Positions 10,201 through 18,512 of a DNA stretch of 64,000 nt are shown in pieces. The stretch lies in IMG/VR virus record IMGVR_UViG_3300024999_001421; one strand, written 5' to 3'. Numbering within the stretch: position 1 is the first letter of the stretch; each line of letters opens with the position of its first letter. This stretch comes from a virus. The notes under the pieces were generated by a model. It did not search any database, was not told the origin of the DNA, and saw only the letters and a list, made by a program, of their open reading frames with translations. Position numbers and translations under genes: made by a program.

Positions 10201-12666
10201 GCCAAAGAGTCTATGCCGAAGGTGGAAGGTGCTAAACCTACTAAGGACGGCATGTTGCCGGTATATAACGCTTTAAATAACCGCAAAATGTTCAATGCGG
10301 TATGGTCAGAAGCTAAAAAGGATATTGTTAAGCGGTTAAAGGCAAAAGGATTATCGGTTGAAGGTGTTAACCTTGACCAGATGTTTGCTGAACTTCTCTA
10401 TCACCCCTACACCAAAGGACAGTTAAGTAGGGAAGTTAGTAAGGGCATCAAGCAATACGGCATTGATGTGAATAACATTGTCCGGCAGCACTTTACTGTA
10501 GCGGAGAAAACAGGGCAGGACTTAGCTGAAAAACTAACCACGAAAGGCATGTTGCCGAAGGACGAAGCGGCGCTGTTGGCTCAGGATATTCAGAAGCGAT
10601 TTGCCGAGGTTGCAGAAACGAAGAAAGCGCAGATATTGAAAAATATGTTTCGCGAGAAGTCGCTGACTAAGGAACATAGGACTATTGATCAAAAGATTAT
10701 CGAATTGTCTAACCTGGGGGCATTGAGTAAAGAGCAGTATAGACGGTCGGTTGCTGAGAAGATGGGACTGCCGGTGCTGACCGAGGATATTGCTAATAGG
10801 TTGGTTGCTTTGGCCGAGCAGGCACAGATGGCAGAAGGTCGGCAGGCAGAGATTTTAAGGGCGCAGATGGCTAAGATATTAGCAGAGCAGAAACCAGTTT
10901 CATTTTGGAGAAAAGTATCTTCGGTGCAAACCTTTAGTCAGTTATTAAACTTAAAGACTGCCACTAGAAACTTAGTCGGTAATGCTGGTTTTAATGCACT
11001 AGAGAATGTGAGTGATGTTGTCGGTGCTGGCATTGATAAAGGCGTAAGTCTAGTAACAGGCAAAAGGTCAAAGGTACTGCCGAGCATAGCGACACAGGTT
11101 AAGGGTGGAATTAAAGGAGCAAAAGAAGGTATTGAAGATGCTATGCTAGGCATTGACACTCTAGGTTATGATGGTAAATTCGATTTACCGCAAAGTAGGA
11201 CGTTTAAAAAGGGCATCATGGGTAGACTTGAAACAGCTTTAAACATTGAACTAAAGGCAACTGACCGGGCGTTCTATAAGGCGGCATACGAGGAATCCTT
11301 AAGGAATCAAATGGTTGCAGAGAAGGTTAAAAAACCTACTGATAAGATGCTGGAACATGCACATCTTGACGGATTATACCGGACATTTCAAGATGAAAAT
11401 GTTTTGAGCAATATGTTTGTCGGTGTTAAGCGAATACTGAACGCTAATAAAGAATTTGGGATCGGGGATATGATACTAAAATATCCCAAAACTCCAAGTA
11501 ATTTACTTATGCGTGGAGTTGATTATTCACCTGCTGGATTTATGAAAGTATTGGTCGAGGCATCAAGACCATTACTTAAGGGTGAGTTTAATCAAAAGGC
11601 ATTTGTTGAGGCATTTTCAAGGGCGTTGGTTGGTTCAACTGCCTTATTTGGTACGGGCATATTACTTCACAAGTTAGGCATTATTACGGGGCGCAGAGAA
11701 AAGGATAAAGAATTAGCGGAACTACAAAGGCAGAATGGATTTGCCGAGTACCGCATTAATGTGTCTGCTCTAAGAAGGTTAATGTTTGGTGATGGTAATA
11801 CTAAACCGCAGAATGGCGACAAGATAATTAATTACGACTGGATGTTGCCCAATACCATACCTCTTGCTATTGGTGCAGATATAGACAAGAACAAAGGCAA
11901 AGCAACGGGATTAGTCGGCACCGTTCTTAATGCTTTTTCTACAGGCATTAACGCATTTGCTGAACAGCCAGTTATACAAGGATTTGAGACTTTATTTAGT
12001 GGTGCAAAAGGTAGTTTTGACCAAGGATTACTTAGGATATTGGAAGGGGTACCTGCTTCGTTTATGCCTACATTTTTAAACCAGATTAAGCAGTTGACCG
12101 ATAATCAGCGCAGGGAAACCTACGACCCCAATTGGGCTAAGAATATGGCAAATAAGTCGATAAACAAAATTCCCGGCTTAGCTAATAACCTGCCGCAAAA
12201 ATACGGTACGTTAGGGCAACCGCTTGAAACATATCAAGATGGGGGAAATAATCCTTTTAATGTGCTATTAAACCCAGCATTCGTTAATACCTATAAACCT
12301 TCTCCGGAGGTGCAGAAGGTGACTGATATATACGATCAGACCGGAGAAACTAAGCAAATTCCTCGTATCGTAGATAAAACAATAAAGGTTACGGGACAAA
12401 AAAGAGTTGACGGAAAATTAAAGAGCGTAACCGAAGAATTCGAGTTGTCCGGTGAGGAATTTGCAAAATACCAGAAACTTATTGGTGAAAAGACTAATGC
12501 CGGGATAGCCAAGGTATCTAATAGGTTAACTCCGGAAGCGCAGACTAAACGGATACAAGGCATCATGGATAAAGCGAACCAAGAAGCAAAAATTCAGATA
12601 CTTAGGGAGAGAGGTTTAAGGGTTATTAAAAATGGGAATGGCATAAAAATACTAAATAAGTTATAG
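7249..12666 (+). CDS. Large internal virion / DNA-ejection (polyvalent) protein
   Basis: 1805 aa, helical, last gene of the virion module. The C-terminal region is typical of podovirus-type ejection proteins. Confidence 0.6.
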   Translation: MVMLAYDLYKGPYGNFNPYNQSRDTSREDAIRRLLSFSSNQPSVSGSSFNDLVETDLQEQYRNIYGDNVPQNTTLKIPQITDNPNYPALDLYSPEIPVREELPKLPSQFKGDMLLNYKSPSIPVPKSRSYLDAIKDWSDRASMAAGEIITGIDRPDKPQIGDFEVISRGLMSDKDKLPDNIKINLPESYTSDRPVNLNSADLAGGLAGFLAGGEFNVGSKVFQGAENAIGQALAKLGAKSPKVANIPNITQSAIKVGGATAPYEYSRSIANDREFDTGEAAQAGATNAALGVILGRLGSALGRDRTPAPAPTEFRMPEYKAPDMSNFTPEELANIRSRSMPGEMITPETVTTKEVAAAQRTLRNTPNIGKANKILDEFPELEKEFPHFRLQQGDTVILPSGKEATVKNADKMIIQVDVDGKTASIGRKVVKVPEVKVDVPEVVGDAIPEVPEIATSEIKQQPIVNDVPTPNNRSGAEAFADESIPDVSVKQEPIVAQEALPQSASELVPPEVLKDYPELSTEVGSKPTSGTKDMAEDVGLKPEKAETYDEGTIGAAKLTVPEKQSTLPGTDEKVRSFQVTGIKSPVTDDLTKAGLLVDIYRTGPGAYRPVSNLETEAVARKFIEDNGIDAAINRVMDKTETSAEQVALGGQLTYSLQKLGKHEEALNMLESLAEQLTSAGQKIQAVKIFQNLSPEGVLIKANKETKKAFNELPKQTKDKHDDLSGKLQDEFNGIDKEAIDQVVNETPELGGNKPKPKQGKPGSEKQTDPANMLAQKIVSYTKPMMPVSRLTPEMQMVKTLFSKAREVLPIEKAKLPKQNALDEVVTALQQSDNYRKTWEDAKQSIIEQNGELPQVMKDVEAYIEHYLNVPYSERSLERIVTEKMKDKNFDLEQSAFGPMSPNFRGTKLENTAFIQSIVKDSGLTGKNAEVLSLELGSKLDEALTKKRNDKTSDLAKRIIKMATENPKDAETNPVKEMFNILMQKAKESMPKVEGAKPTKDGMLPVYNALNNRKMFNAVWSEAKKDIVKRLKAKGLSVEGVNLDQMFAELLYHPYTKGQLSREVSKGIKQYGIDVNNIVRQHFTVAEKTGQDLAEKLTTKGMLPKDEAALLAQDIQKRFAEVAETKKAQILKNMFREKSLTKEHRTIDQKIIELSNLGALSKEQYRRSVAEKMGLPVLTEDIANRLVALAEQAQMAEGRQAEILRAQMAKILAEQKPVSFWRKVSSVQTFSQLLNLKTATRNLVGNAGFNALENVSDVVGAGIDKGVSLVTGKRSKVLPSIATQVKGGIKGAKEGIEDAMLGIDTLGYDGKFDLPQSRTFKKGIMGRLETALNIELKATDRAFYKAAYEESLRNQMVAEKVKKPTDKMLEHAHLDGLYRTFQDENVLSNMFVGVKRILNANKEFGIGDMILKYPKTPSNLLMRGVDYSPAGFMKVLVEASRPLLKGEFNQKAFVEAFSRALVGSTALFGTGILLHKLGIITGRREKDKELAELQRQNGFAEYRINVSALRRLMFGDGNTKPQNGDKIINYDWMLPNTIPLAIGADIDKNKGKATGLVGTVLNAFSTGINAFAEQPVIQGFETLFSGAKGSFDQGLLRILEGVPASFMPTFLNQIKQLTDNQRRETYDPNWAKNMANKSINKIPGLANNLPQKYGTLGQPLETYQDGGNNPFNVLLNPAFVNTYKPSPEVQKVTDIYDQTGETKQIPRIVDKTIKVTGQKRVDGKLKSVTEEFELSGEEFAKYQKLIGEKTNAGIAKVSNRLTPEAQTKRIQGIMDKANQEAKIQILRERGLRVIKNGNGIKILNKL

Positions 12667-12686
12667 TATATTAGGGGTGGTATTTT

Positions 12687-12902
12687 GTGAAGTTTCTTGA
12701 AAGCGAGGATTTCCATGTTTTTAGGGTCCTAATATGCACCATAGTAATAGTTGCCTTATACCTTATTCAGATGAATAATTTCTCTCTAGTTAACTTGTTG
12801 GCATACACTATATTTCTTTGGTTGTACTATTGCATTGTTTTTGTAGTGGCAGATTCTTTTAAATCAAAAAACTTAAGTAAAAAGGAAAATAACCACTCTT
12901 AA
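12687..12902 (+). CDS. Small two-TM membrane protein (possible superinfection exclusion)
   Basis: Two hydrophobic segments, located after the ejection protein; function inferred only. Confidence 0.4.
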   Translation: MKFLESEDFHVFRVLICTIVIVALYLIQMNNFSLVNLLAYTIFLWLYYCIVFVVADSFKSKNLSKKENNHS

Positions 12903-12918
12903 CGGGGTGGTTATTTTA
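12887..12918. terminator. Bidirectional intrinsic terminator
   Basis: AAATAACCAC-loop-GTGGTTATTT hairpin flanked by A and T tracts; near-identical copy at ~14329-14363. Confidence 0.8.
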
Positions 12919-13037
12919 TTGTAATCATGCTATACTATATATGTGGGACATTATGGATTAGCTACCTATAATGGTGCGGTACTCTCGCCGCACTCCCATA
13001 TTAATTATAGAAGAGAGAAATAAGACCTAGAGAGGGG

Positions 13038-13859
13038 TTGTTTTTTGTGCAACTTTACAAGATTAATGAAGTAAATTCTCATAAGTTTTACAAGATACCA
13101 AAGCAGTTAATTGAAAATGTTTGCTACAGGGTAAAGTTGACTTCTGATGCAAAATTAGTTTATTCAGTTCTTTTGGACAGAATGGAATTATCCAGAAAAA
13201 ATAATTGGGTAAATGAAAATAACGAGATATATCTTCTCTACACTAAGAATGACATAGCTGACATTTTAGGAATTTCTGAATCTACCGCATATAAAGCATT
13301 CAAGTTATTAGATGAAGTAGGTTTGATTAAACAGGTTCGCCAAGGACTAAATAAGCCTAATAAAATATTCATAGGCAAGATAAACCCAGTATTTACGGGG
13401 AACTGTAAAATCTGCAGGTCAAGAACAGTAAAATGTAACGGTCAAAACATGCAGGATTTACAGGGTATCTATACTCATGTTAGTGAAACTCATGTTAGTG
13501 AAACTCATAATGTATATAATGTTGGTGTTGTTAAAAAGCACAACACCAAGTCATATGGACTGTTTAATAAATTAATCAAAAATCCTATTAATAAGGATAC
13601 GGATAAATTTGAAGAACAGTGTGTTAAATACTTTTTCCATCAATATAGAAGTATGATGGGAGAAGATCATCCGTCAATGAAGGACGAGCAGATAAAAAAT
13701 GCTCTCGATGTTATAGGAATAAACTTTTCGTCTGGTGAAGTAGTGATGGAAGTAATAAAGGATTATTTTAGTACGGAAATGGATTGTGATTATAACCTTA
13801 ATCATTTTGTTAGCGGCGAGATTATTGATATGCGGATGTATAATACGGGAAATTATTGA
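13038..13859 (+). CDS. repA: Replication initiator, RepA_N family
   Basis: FYKIPKQL...LTSDAKLVYSVLLDRMELSRKNNWVNENNEIY...RQGLNKPNKIF is the RepA_N signature. Internal 15-bp direct repeat ACTCATGTTAGTGAA x2 at ~13473. Confidence 0.85.
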   Translation: MFFVQLYKINEVNSHKFYKIPKQLIENVCYRVKLTSDAKLVYSVLLDRMELSRKNNWVNENNEIYLLYTKNDIADILGISESTAYKAFKLLDEVGLIKQVRQGLNKPNKIFIGKINPVFTGNCKICRSRTVKCNGQNMQDLQGIYTHVSETHVSETHNVYNVGVVKKHNTKSYGLFNKLIKNPINKDTDKFEEQCVKYFFHQYRSMMGEDHPSMKDEQIKNALDVIGINFSSGEVVMEVIKDYFSTEMDCDYNLNHFVSGEIIDMRMYNTGNY

Positions 13860-13884
13860 TAAAAACTTTTTGAAGTAAATAACT

Positions 13885-13938
13885 TTCGACATTATTACAA
13901 TTTTTCCGACAAAGGTTATTTCGGAATGAATATTGAAT
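13885..13938 (+). promoter_or_regulatory. Spo0A box plus sigma-H-like promoter
   Basis: TTCGACA (0A box, reverse of TGTCGAA) at 13885, near-match at 13904, and AGGT-N18-GAAT at 13913-13938. Confidence 0.45.
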
Positions 13939-13974
13939 ATCGTCCCAAAAGGCTTTCGCAGGGAAGGGGGCGAT

Positions 13975-14280
13975 ATGATGAAAAGAAGGTTGAGTATTGC
14001 AGTTGTTTTGTGTCTGCTTGCGTTGTTTGCGTTTTCGTCAGCAGCAAGTGCCAGCGTCTATGTTCACGGGTACACGAGAAGCAACGGAACCTATGTAGCA
14101 CCGCACTATAGGAGTAGTCCAAATAGTACGTATTTAGATAACTACTCTTATCGCGGCAATATAAACCCGTACACGGGCAGTATTGGAACACGTAGTTATG
14201 ATTCTAGTTATTACACGCCAAGTTATAGTTATACGCCGAGTTACAGCTATACTCCAAGTTATGGTTACTCAGGTTGGTAG
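13975..14280 (+). CDS. Small secreted protein (VxGYTRSNGTYVxPHYRS family) with YTPSYS repeats
   Basis: Signal peptide, conserved HGYTRSNGTYVAPHYRS...DNYS..GN.NPYTG motif, 18-nt tandem repeats. Confidence 0.75.
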   Translation: MMKRRLSIAVVLCLLALFAFSSAASASVYVHGYTRSNGTYVAPHYRSSPNSTYLDNYSYRGNINPYTGSIGTRSYDSSYYTPSYSYTPSYSYTPSYGYSGW

Positions 14281-14355
14281 AGATTTAACCCCGTTATTGA
14301 CGGGGTTATTTATTATCTTTTTTGCAAAGAAATAACCACTTCTTAATTGAGGTGG

Positions 14356-14571
14356 TTATTTTTCGTCCGACACATATTCAAATAAATCTCCCGGTTGACA
14401 TTTGAGGACTTGACACAGTTTTTTAATTTGCTCTATCTCTATTCTCTTAGTTGTGCCATGCCATAATTGCGAAACAGTACCGGGGCGTATTCCCGTTAAC
14501 TTAGTCAATTCTCTTTGATTTATACGGTGTCTGCCCATCAACTCCGAAACCTTGATTATTACCTTAGCCAT
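14356..14571 (-). CDS. Xre/Cro HTH regulator (YozG-like)
   Basis: INQRELTKLTGIRPGTVSQLWHG...KKLCQVLKCQPGDLFEY; GGAGG RBS before the ATG at 14571. Confidence 0.85.
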   Translation of the reverse strand: MAKVIIKVSELMGRHRINQRELTKLTGIRPGTVSQLWHGTTKRIEIEQIKKLCQVLKCQPGDLFEYVSDEK

Positions 14572-14728
14572 TATTTTTACACCTCCTACCGTATACAGTA
14601 TAGCATTAATGACTAATGAATTGCAAATATATTTTAATATATTACTTTTGTCGTATTGACATATTACTCTTATAGTAGTATAATTTTCATTAGAAGTAGC
14701 ATATAAATATAGGTTGGGAGGTAGGGAG

Positions 14729-15001
14729 ATGGAAAAAAGTTTCAAGAATTGCTTTGCGGAGTTATGCTCTAGCCGTGCCGGTGATGCGGTTATGATGGCG
14801 AGCATGACAGACAGTTATGTCGATGTGTTGGACAACCTGAATTCTGTTCGTAAGCAGGTCGAGAAATTAATCGGACCAGAATTAATGATTAGATTATCAG
14901 ATGCTTACGGTTACAAGCAGGTTAGTGACACCAATGTAGCTTATGAGCAGGGCATGAGGGACGGGTTGCGCTTGAATAGAATAGTGGGAGGGATTGTATG
15001 A
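14729..15001 (+). CDS. Hypothetical protein
   Basis: RBS GGGAGG; downstream of TTGACA-N17-TATAAT at ~14656. Confidence 0.6.
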   Translation: MEKSFKNCFAELCSSRAGDAVMMASMTDSYVDVLDNLNSVRKQVEKLIGPELMIRLSDAYGYKQVSDTNVAYEQGMRDGLRLNRIVGGIV

Positions 15002-15876
15002 ATAATCAACTTGTTCCGGTAGAGCAGAAACTTGTTAACTTTAACGGTGCCGAGATTATGGCGGTTAAGGCCAGTGACGATAAAGTTTACGTGGGAGTTA
15101 GTTGGGTGTGTGATGGTTTAGGCCTTAACGAAAACCAAACCAAAGCACAGAGAGACAAAATTAATAGCGATATTGTACTTTCTAAAGGGGGGCGTAAAAT
15201 CTCCACCCTTACTGCCGGGGGAAATCAAGATATTTTAGTTTTAGAGTTAGACTTTCTCCCGATATGGCTGGCTAAAATTAACGCCAATATTATCGAGAGC
15301 GAAGAAGTGCAGAACAGACTTGTCGAATATCAACTAAAGGCTAAGGACGTTTTGGCAGAAGCATTTTTACATAAATCTAAGTCGCTTCGCCGCCGGATGC
15401 CGACATGGGATCGTGAAGCAATGGCAGAAATAAGATTCGCTAAAGAATTTGCCAAGGCAATAGGCATTAGACCGGAACGTGCGGTTGCAGTCGCTATTGC
15501 CAGAACTGAGAAAGAAACAGGCAGACAGTTAACCGATTACCGCAAACTTTTACCTGCTGTTAGCGAAGAAGATGCCGAGATTTTAACCGCTAGTCAAATA
15601 GGTGAGCAGTTAGACATGAAATCCAGCGCAGTTAATTTACTGTTAGAGGAAATGGGTTTTCAATATGGTATTCGCGAAGCAGGCAAGAAGCCTGGTACTG
15701 AAAGATTGGTCAAGAGAAACCCTTGGAAGTTAACCGAGGAAGGCAAAGAATACGGAATGATGCAGGATGCCGCTAATAATAAGTGGGAAGGATTTCAGAT
15801 ACTTTGGAAACCAAGAGTCATTGATGCGATCAATGAATTCATTGCCAATAAGTCTGGTGCAGGTCAGGAGGTTTGA
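14998..15876 (+). CDS. Phage antirepressor (P22_AR N-terminal plus KilA-C-like C-terminal domain)
   Basis: VNFNGAEIMAV...VYVGVSWVCDGLGL...FLPIWLAKI; C-terminal LTASQIG...WKLTEEGKEYG. Confidence 0.85.
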   Translation: MNNQLVPVEQKLVNFNGAEIMAVKASDDKVYVGVSWVCDGLGLNENQTKAQRDKINSDIVLSKGGRKISTLTAGGNQDILVLELDFLPIWLAKINANIIESEEVQNRLVEYQLKAKDVLAEAFLHKSKSLRRRMPTWDREAMAEIRFAKEFAKAIGIRPERAVAVAIARTEKETGRQLTDYRKLLPAVSEEDAEILTASQIGEQLDMKSSAVNLLLEEMGFQYGIREAGKKPGTERLVKRNPWKLTEEGKEYGMMQDAANNKWEGFQILWKPRVIDAINEFIANKSGAGQEV

Positions 15877-15880
15877 TGTA

Positions 15881-16165
15881 GTGAATGATCGTACCTACCA
15901 TTGCGATTTATGTATGTGTCCTATTGAATTCTGGGAACCATTAAAAACATTTAAAAGCGACAGAAGTTGTGATATATTTTCCGACGTTTCTGATGTTATA
16001 TGGGAACTGGAGGAGCGTATCCAGTATAATTTTAGTGATGTTTTAGAGAAATGCTTAAAATTTACTGATATGTACCCGGACATAGAGGATTTTACCGCAA
16101 CAATTAAAGAGATATGTGAAATCCAGAAAGATTGTGGAGTAATTACAGATAAATATTTAGGTTGA
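15881..16165 (+). CDS. Hypothetical protein
   Basis: GTG start after AGGAGG RBS. Confidence 0.5.
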   Translation: MNDRTYHCDLCMCPIEFWEPLKTFKSDRSCDIFSDVSDVIWELEERIQYNFSDVLEKCLKFTDMYPDIEDFTATIKEICEIQKDCGVITDKYLG

Positions 16166-16190
16166 ATTGAGCAAGTCAGGAGGGACTAAC

Positions 16191-16355
16191 ATGAATAAAT
16201 TAGTGTGCCTAGTCAAAACATGCCTATACAATGACGGTGAAAACAATTGAGTGGGTCGTGCAATTATCTCTCCAAAAAACGGAGAGGCGGTTTGTTGTTG
16301 CTACGAACACAAGGAAGAAAAAACTATTCGTTTAGTGGTTGATAATAAAAAATAG
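16191..16355 (+). pseudogene. DUF1540-like Cys-rich small gene interrupted by an in-frame TGA at 16248
   Basis: Strong RBS AGGAGGG; MNKLVCLVKTCLYNDGENN*VGRAIISPKNGEAVCCCYE continues in frame to TAG at 16355. Confidence 0.5.
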
Positions 16356-16571
16356 TTTATTTTAAGCACTCCTTCGGGGGTGTTTTATTTTATCCCATTA
16401 CAGAAAAATTACAACAAATATGTTATAATTAATTAAATATCATCGACAAAACAAAAACGTGATGCCCGCTAATCCCAGGAGGATTTATCAGCGGTGGGTG
16501 CTGTCACACCCTGCATCACGTAAACAGTATAGCATAGTCTGATTAATCTGACTACCAGGAGGTACGCTAAT

Positions 16572-16805
16572 GTGACGCAGGAACAGGACGTTGTACGATT
16601 ACAAGAGCAGGTAAAGACATTATTTGCAGCTCAGAAGGATTTATCGGTAGATCTAGAGCGACATGAGCAAGAAGATAAACAAGCATTTGCGGAGGTATTG
16701 AAGCGCATGGATGAAATGTATAAAACATTCCAGAACCGTCCTCCAGTATGGGCGTCAACACTCATAGCGGCACTGATGGGCATTTGTGGGTGGTTGGCTA
16801 AATGA
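16572..16805 (+). CDS. XhlA-like / holin-associated membrane protein
   Basis: Coiled coil plus C-terminal TM (RPPVWASTLIAALMGICGWL); first gene of the lysis cassette. Confidence 0.55.
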   Translation: MTQEQDVVRLQEQVKTLFAAQKDLSVDLERHEQEDKQAFAEVLKRMDEMYKTFQNRPPVWASTLIAALMGICGWLAK

Positions 16806-17089
16806 AAATACATCGCGGACAAGCATCGGTAATCTTATTATCCATTATCTTATCTGCAGCAGTATTGTTTTTCGTCTGCACTATCGGGGAGAAGCAAGAC
16901 ATTAACCAGTTAACCGATAATCAGCTAAGGCAAGAATTGATGGATATTAAGGGCATAGGCGAGGTTACGGCAGATAGAGTAGTTAAGTATCGCGCAGAGA
17001 ATAAACCGGTCAGTATAGCCGAATTAGACGGTATTAAGGGTATTGGAGATAAGAGACTGGCCTTGATTAAGAAGAAGTTTAAGGAGTGA
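16802..17089 (+). CDS. ComEA-like membrane-anchored helix-hairpin-helix protein
   Basis: N-terminal TM; DIN...ELMDIKGIGEVTADRVVKYR...SIAELDGIKGIGDKRL tandem HhH. Confidence 0.85.
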   Translation: MKIHRGQASVILLSIILSAAVLFFVCTIGEKQDINQLTDNQLRQELMDIKGIGEVTADRVVKYRAENKPVSIAELDGIKGIGDKRLALIKKKFKE

Positions 17090-17093
17090 GGAA

Positions 17094-17282
17094 ATGCAAA
17101 ATGTATTGGATATTGTGAATACGCAAAACTTCGCATGGGGTTTTATACTTGGTTCTATGTTCTTTGGGACGCTCGGTGTCATAAGTAAATACTATGACCT
17201 TTTGTTTATTATTAGGGCTGCGGAAGAAGGAACTTCTGAGAAGATATTGGGCAAGTGGTATAAAATAAGAGAAGTTAAGTAA
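17094..17282 (+). CDS. Small membrane protein in the lysis cassette
   Basis: One TM segment, GAGG RBS. Confidence 0.45.
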   Translation: MQNVLDIVNTQNFAWGFILGSMFFGTLGVISKYYDLLFIIRAAEEGTSEKILGKWYKIREVK

Positions 17283-17293
17283 GGAGTGATAAA

Positions 17294-17869
17294 ATGCTAA
17301 TAGTGCTAGATCCTGGTCACGGCGGCTTAGATAGCGGAGCAGTAGGCAACGGTCTATTAGAGAAAAATCTTAACTGGATAGTCTCAAATAAGATTAAAGA
17401 AAAACTAGCTAAATACAATGTTCAGGTTATGGTCATACAGCCGTCCTGCGCCAATCCAAGGTCAACATCAGGGGACGAATTGACCATGCCTGTCAAGGAA
17501 GCGATTAAACTTAAAGCAGATTTCTTCCTCTCGATCCACACTAACGCCGGCAACGGAACTGGTTTTGAAAGTTTCGTACATAACAAGGCGAATAGGATTA
17601 CCGATTTAATGCGGAACATTATTCACGACAACACTTCACCGGTATTTACCAAAAACAATATGCCGGACAGGGGCAAGAAACGTGCTAATTTTTATGTATT
17701 GCGGAAGATGGACGAAGCAGGAATACCGGGCATGCTAATTGAGAACGGGTTTATTGATAACAAGAAGGATGCTGAGTTTTTGAAAGACTCTGTATTTCTC
17801 AATAAGTTAGCCAATGAGATCGCATATGGTATTGTGCTAGTATTTGATTTACAAGAAAGAGAGGGATAA
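17294..17869 (+). CDS. Endolysin, N-acetylmuramoyl-L-alanine amidase (Amidase_3)
   Basis: LDPGHGG.DSGA...EK..N, SIHTNA, LIENGFIDN motifs. Confidence 0.95.
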   Translation: MLIVLDPGHGGLDSGAVGNGLLEKNLNWIVSNKIKEKLAKYNVQVMVIQPSCANPRSTSGDELTMPVKEAIKLKADFFLSIHTNAGNGTGFESFVHNKANRITDLMRNIIHDNTSPVFTKNNMPDRGKKRANFYVLRKMDEAGIPGMLIENGFIDNKKDAEFLKDSVFLNKLANEIAYGIVLVFDLQEREG

Positions 17870-17870
17870 G

Positions 17871-18095
17871 ATGAAAGAATTTACTAAAATGGATTGGTTT
17901 TTCGCAGGTTGCATGGCTGTGTGCTTAACTACATATCTATACACCTGCCTAATCGGTAAACCGCTAGATAATATAAAAGAACTGATATTCATTTTCGGTA
18001 CAAGTATAGGTTTGGCGACTGGCGGTAGGTTTTACAGCAACTTAGTCGGTGCGGAAACGAATAAGGATACCGATAAAACGGTTAAACTACAATAA
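17871..18095 (+). CDS. Putative holin
   Basis: Two TM segments with a charged C-tail, directly after the endolysin; terminator at ~18114-18160. Confidence 0.55.
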   Translation: MKEFTKMDWFFAGCMAVCLTTYLYTCLIGKPLDNIKELIFIFGTSIGLATGGRFYSNLVGAETNKDTDKTVKLQ

Positions 18096-18214
18096 CGCGA
18101 ATAATTTTCTTATGCCCGGTGAACTTGTAAGGATTACTTGCAGGTTGCCGGGTTTTTGTTTTTACACAAAAAGATACTCCCCTTAATGTGAACTAAAGAG
18201 AGTATCTTGTGTTT

Positions 18215-18290
18215 TGGCTGTGAAGGTAGGTCTCGAACCTACGACAAGTTGATTAACAGTCAACCACTCTACCTACTGAGTTACTCCACA
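18215..18290 (-). tRNA. tRNA-Asn(GTT)
   Basis: Cloverleaf: acceptor TGTGGAG/CTTCACA, anticodon arm GTTGA-CTGTTAA-TCAAC, T arm GTAGG-TTCGAGA-CCTAC, encoded CCA. Confidence 0.93.
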
Positions 18291-18401
18291 ATACGGAGGG
18301 ACTTTTTAGCTACCCCTTCGGATATACAAGGTTAGTCCCTTCTATCAACCTAGTCACCTTTAGGTATGACCACACCCACGTTATTTTTAGTATAACGTCT
18401 C

Positions 18402-18477
18402 TGGAGCATCATGTAGGATTCGAACCCACAACCTTCTCCTTACAAGGGAGTTACTCTTCCAGTTGAGTTAATGATGC
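18402..18477 (-). tRNA. tRNA-Thr(TGT)
   Basis: Acceptor GCATCAT/ATGATGC, anticodon loop CTTGTAA, T arm GTGGG-TTCGAAT-CCTAC, encoded CCA. Confidence 0.9.
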
Positions 18478-18512
18478 TTGTATCCGGCAAGGGCAGGCCG
18501 ACTTAGTTAGTC

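Noticed and set aside
8034-12566. Minus-strand ORFs inside the 1805-aa gene, and similar shadow ORFs elsewhere including 62002-63989
   Set aside because: Antisense shadows of long genuine CDSs, with no RBS or recognisable motifs
14210-14270. Tandem repeats as a mini-CRISPR array
   Set aside because: These are 18-nt coding repeats (YTPSYS) with no spacers; no CRISPR array or cas genes were seen in the window
18292-18400. Inter-tRNA spacer as a theta/HDV-like ribozyme or preQ1 riboswitch
   Set aside because: It has hairpins, but I could not build the nested double pseudoknot or find the preQ1 A-rich tail
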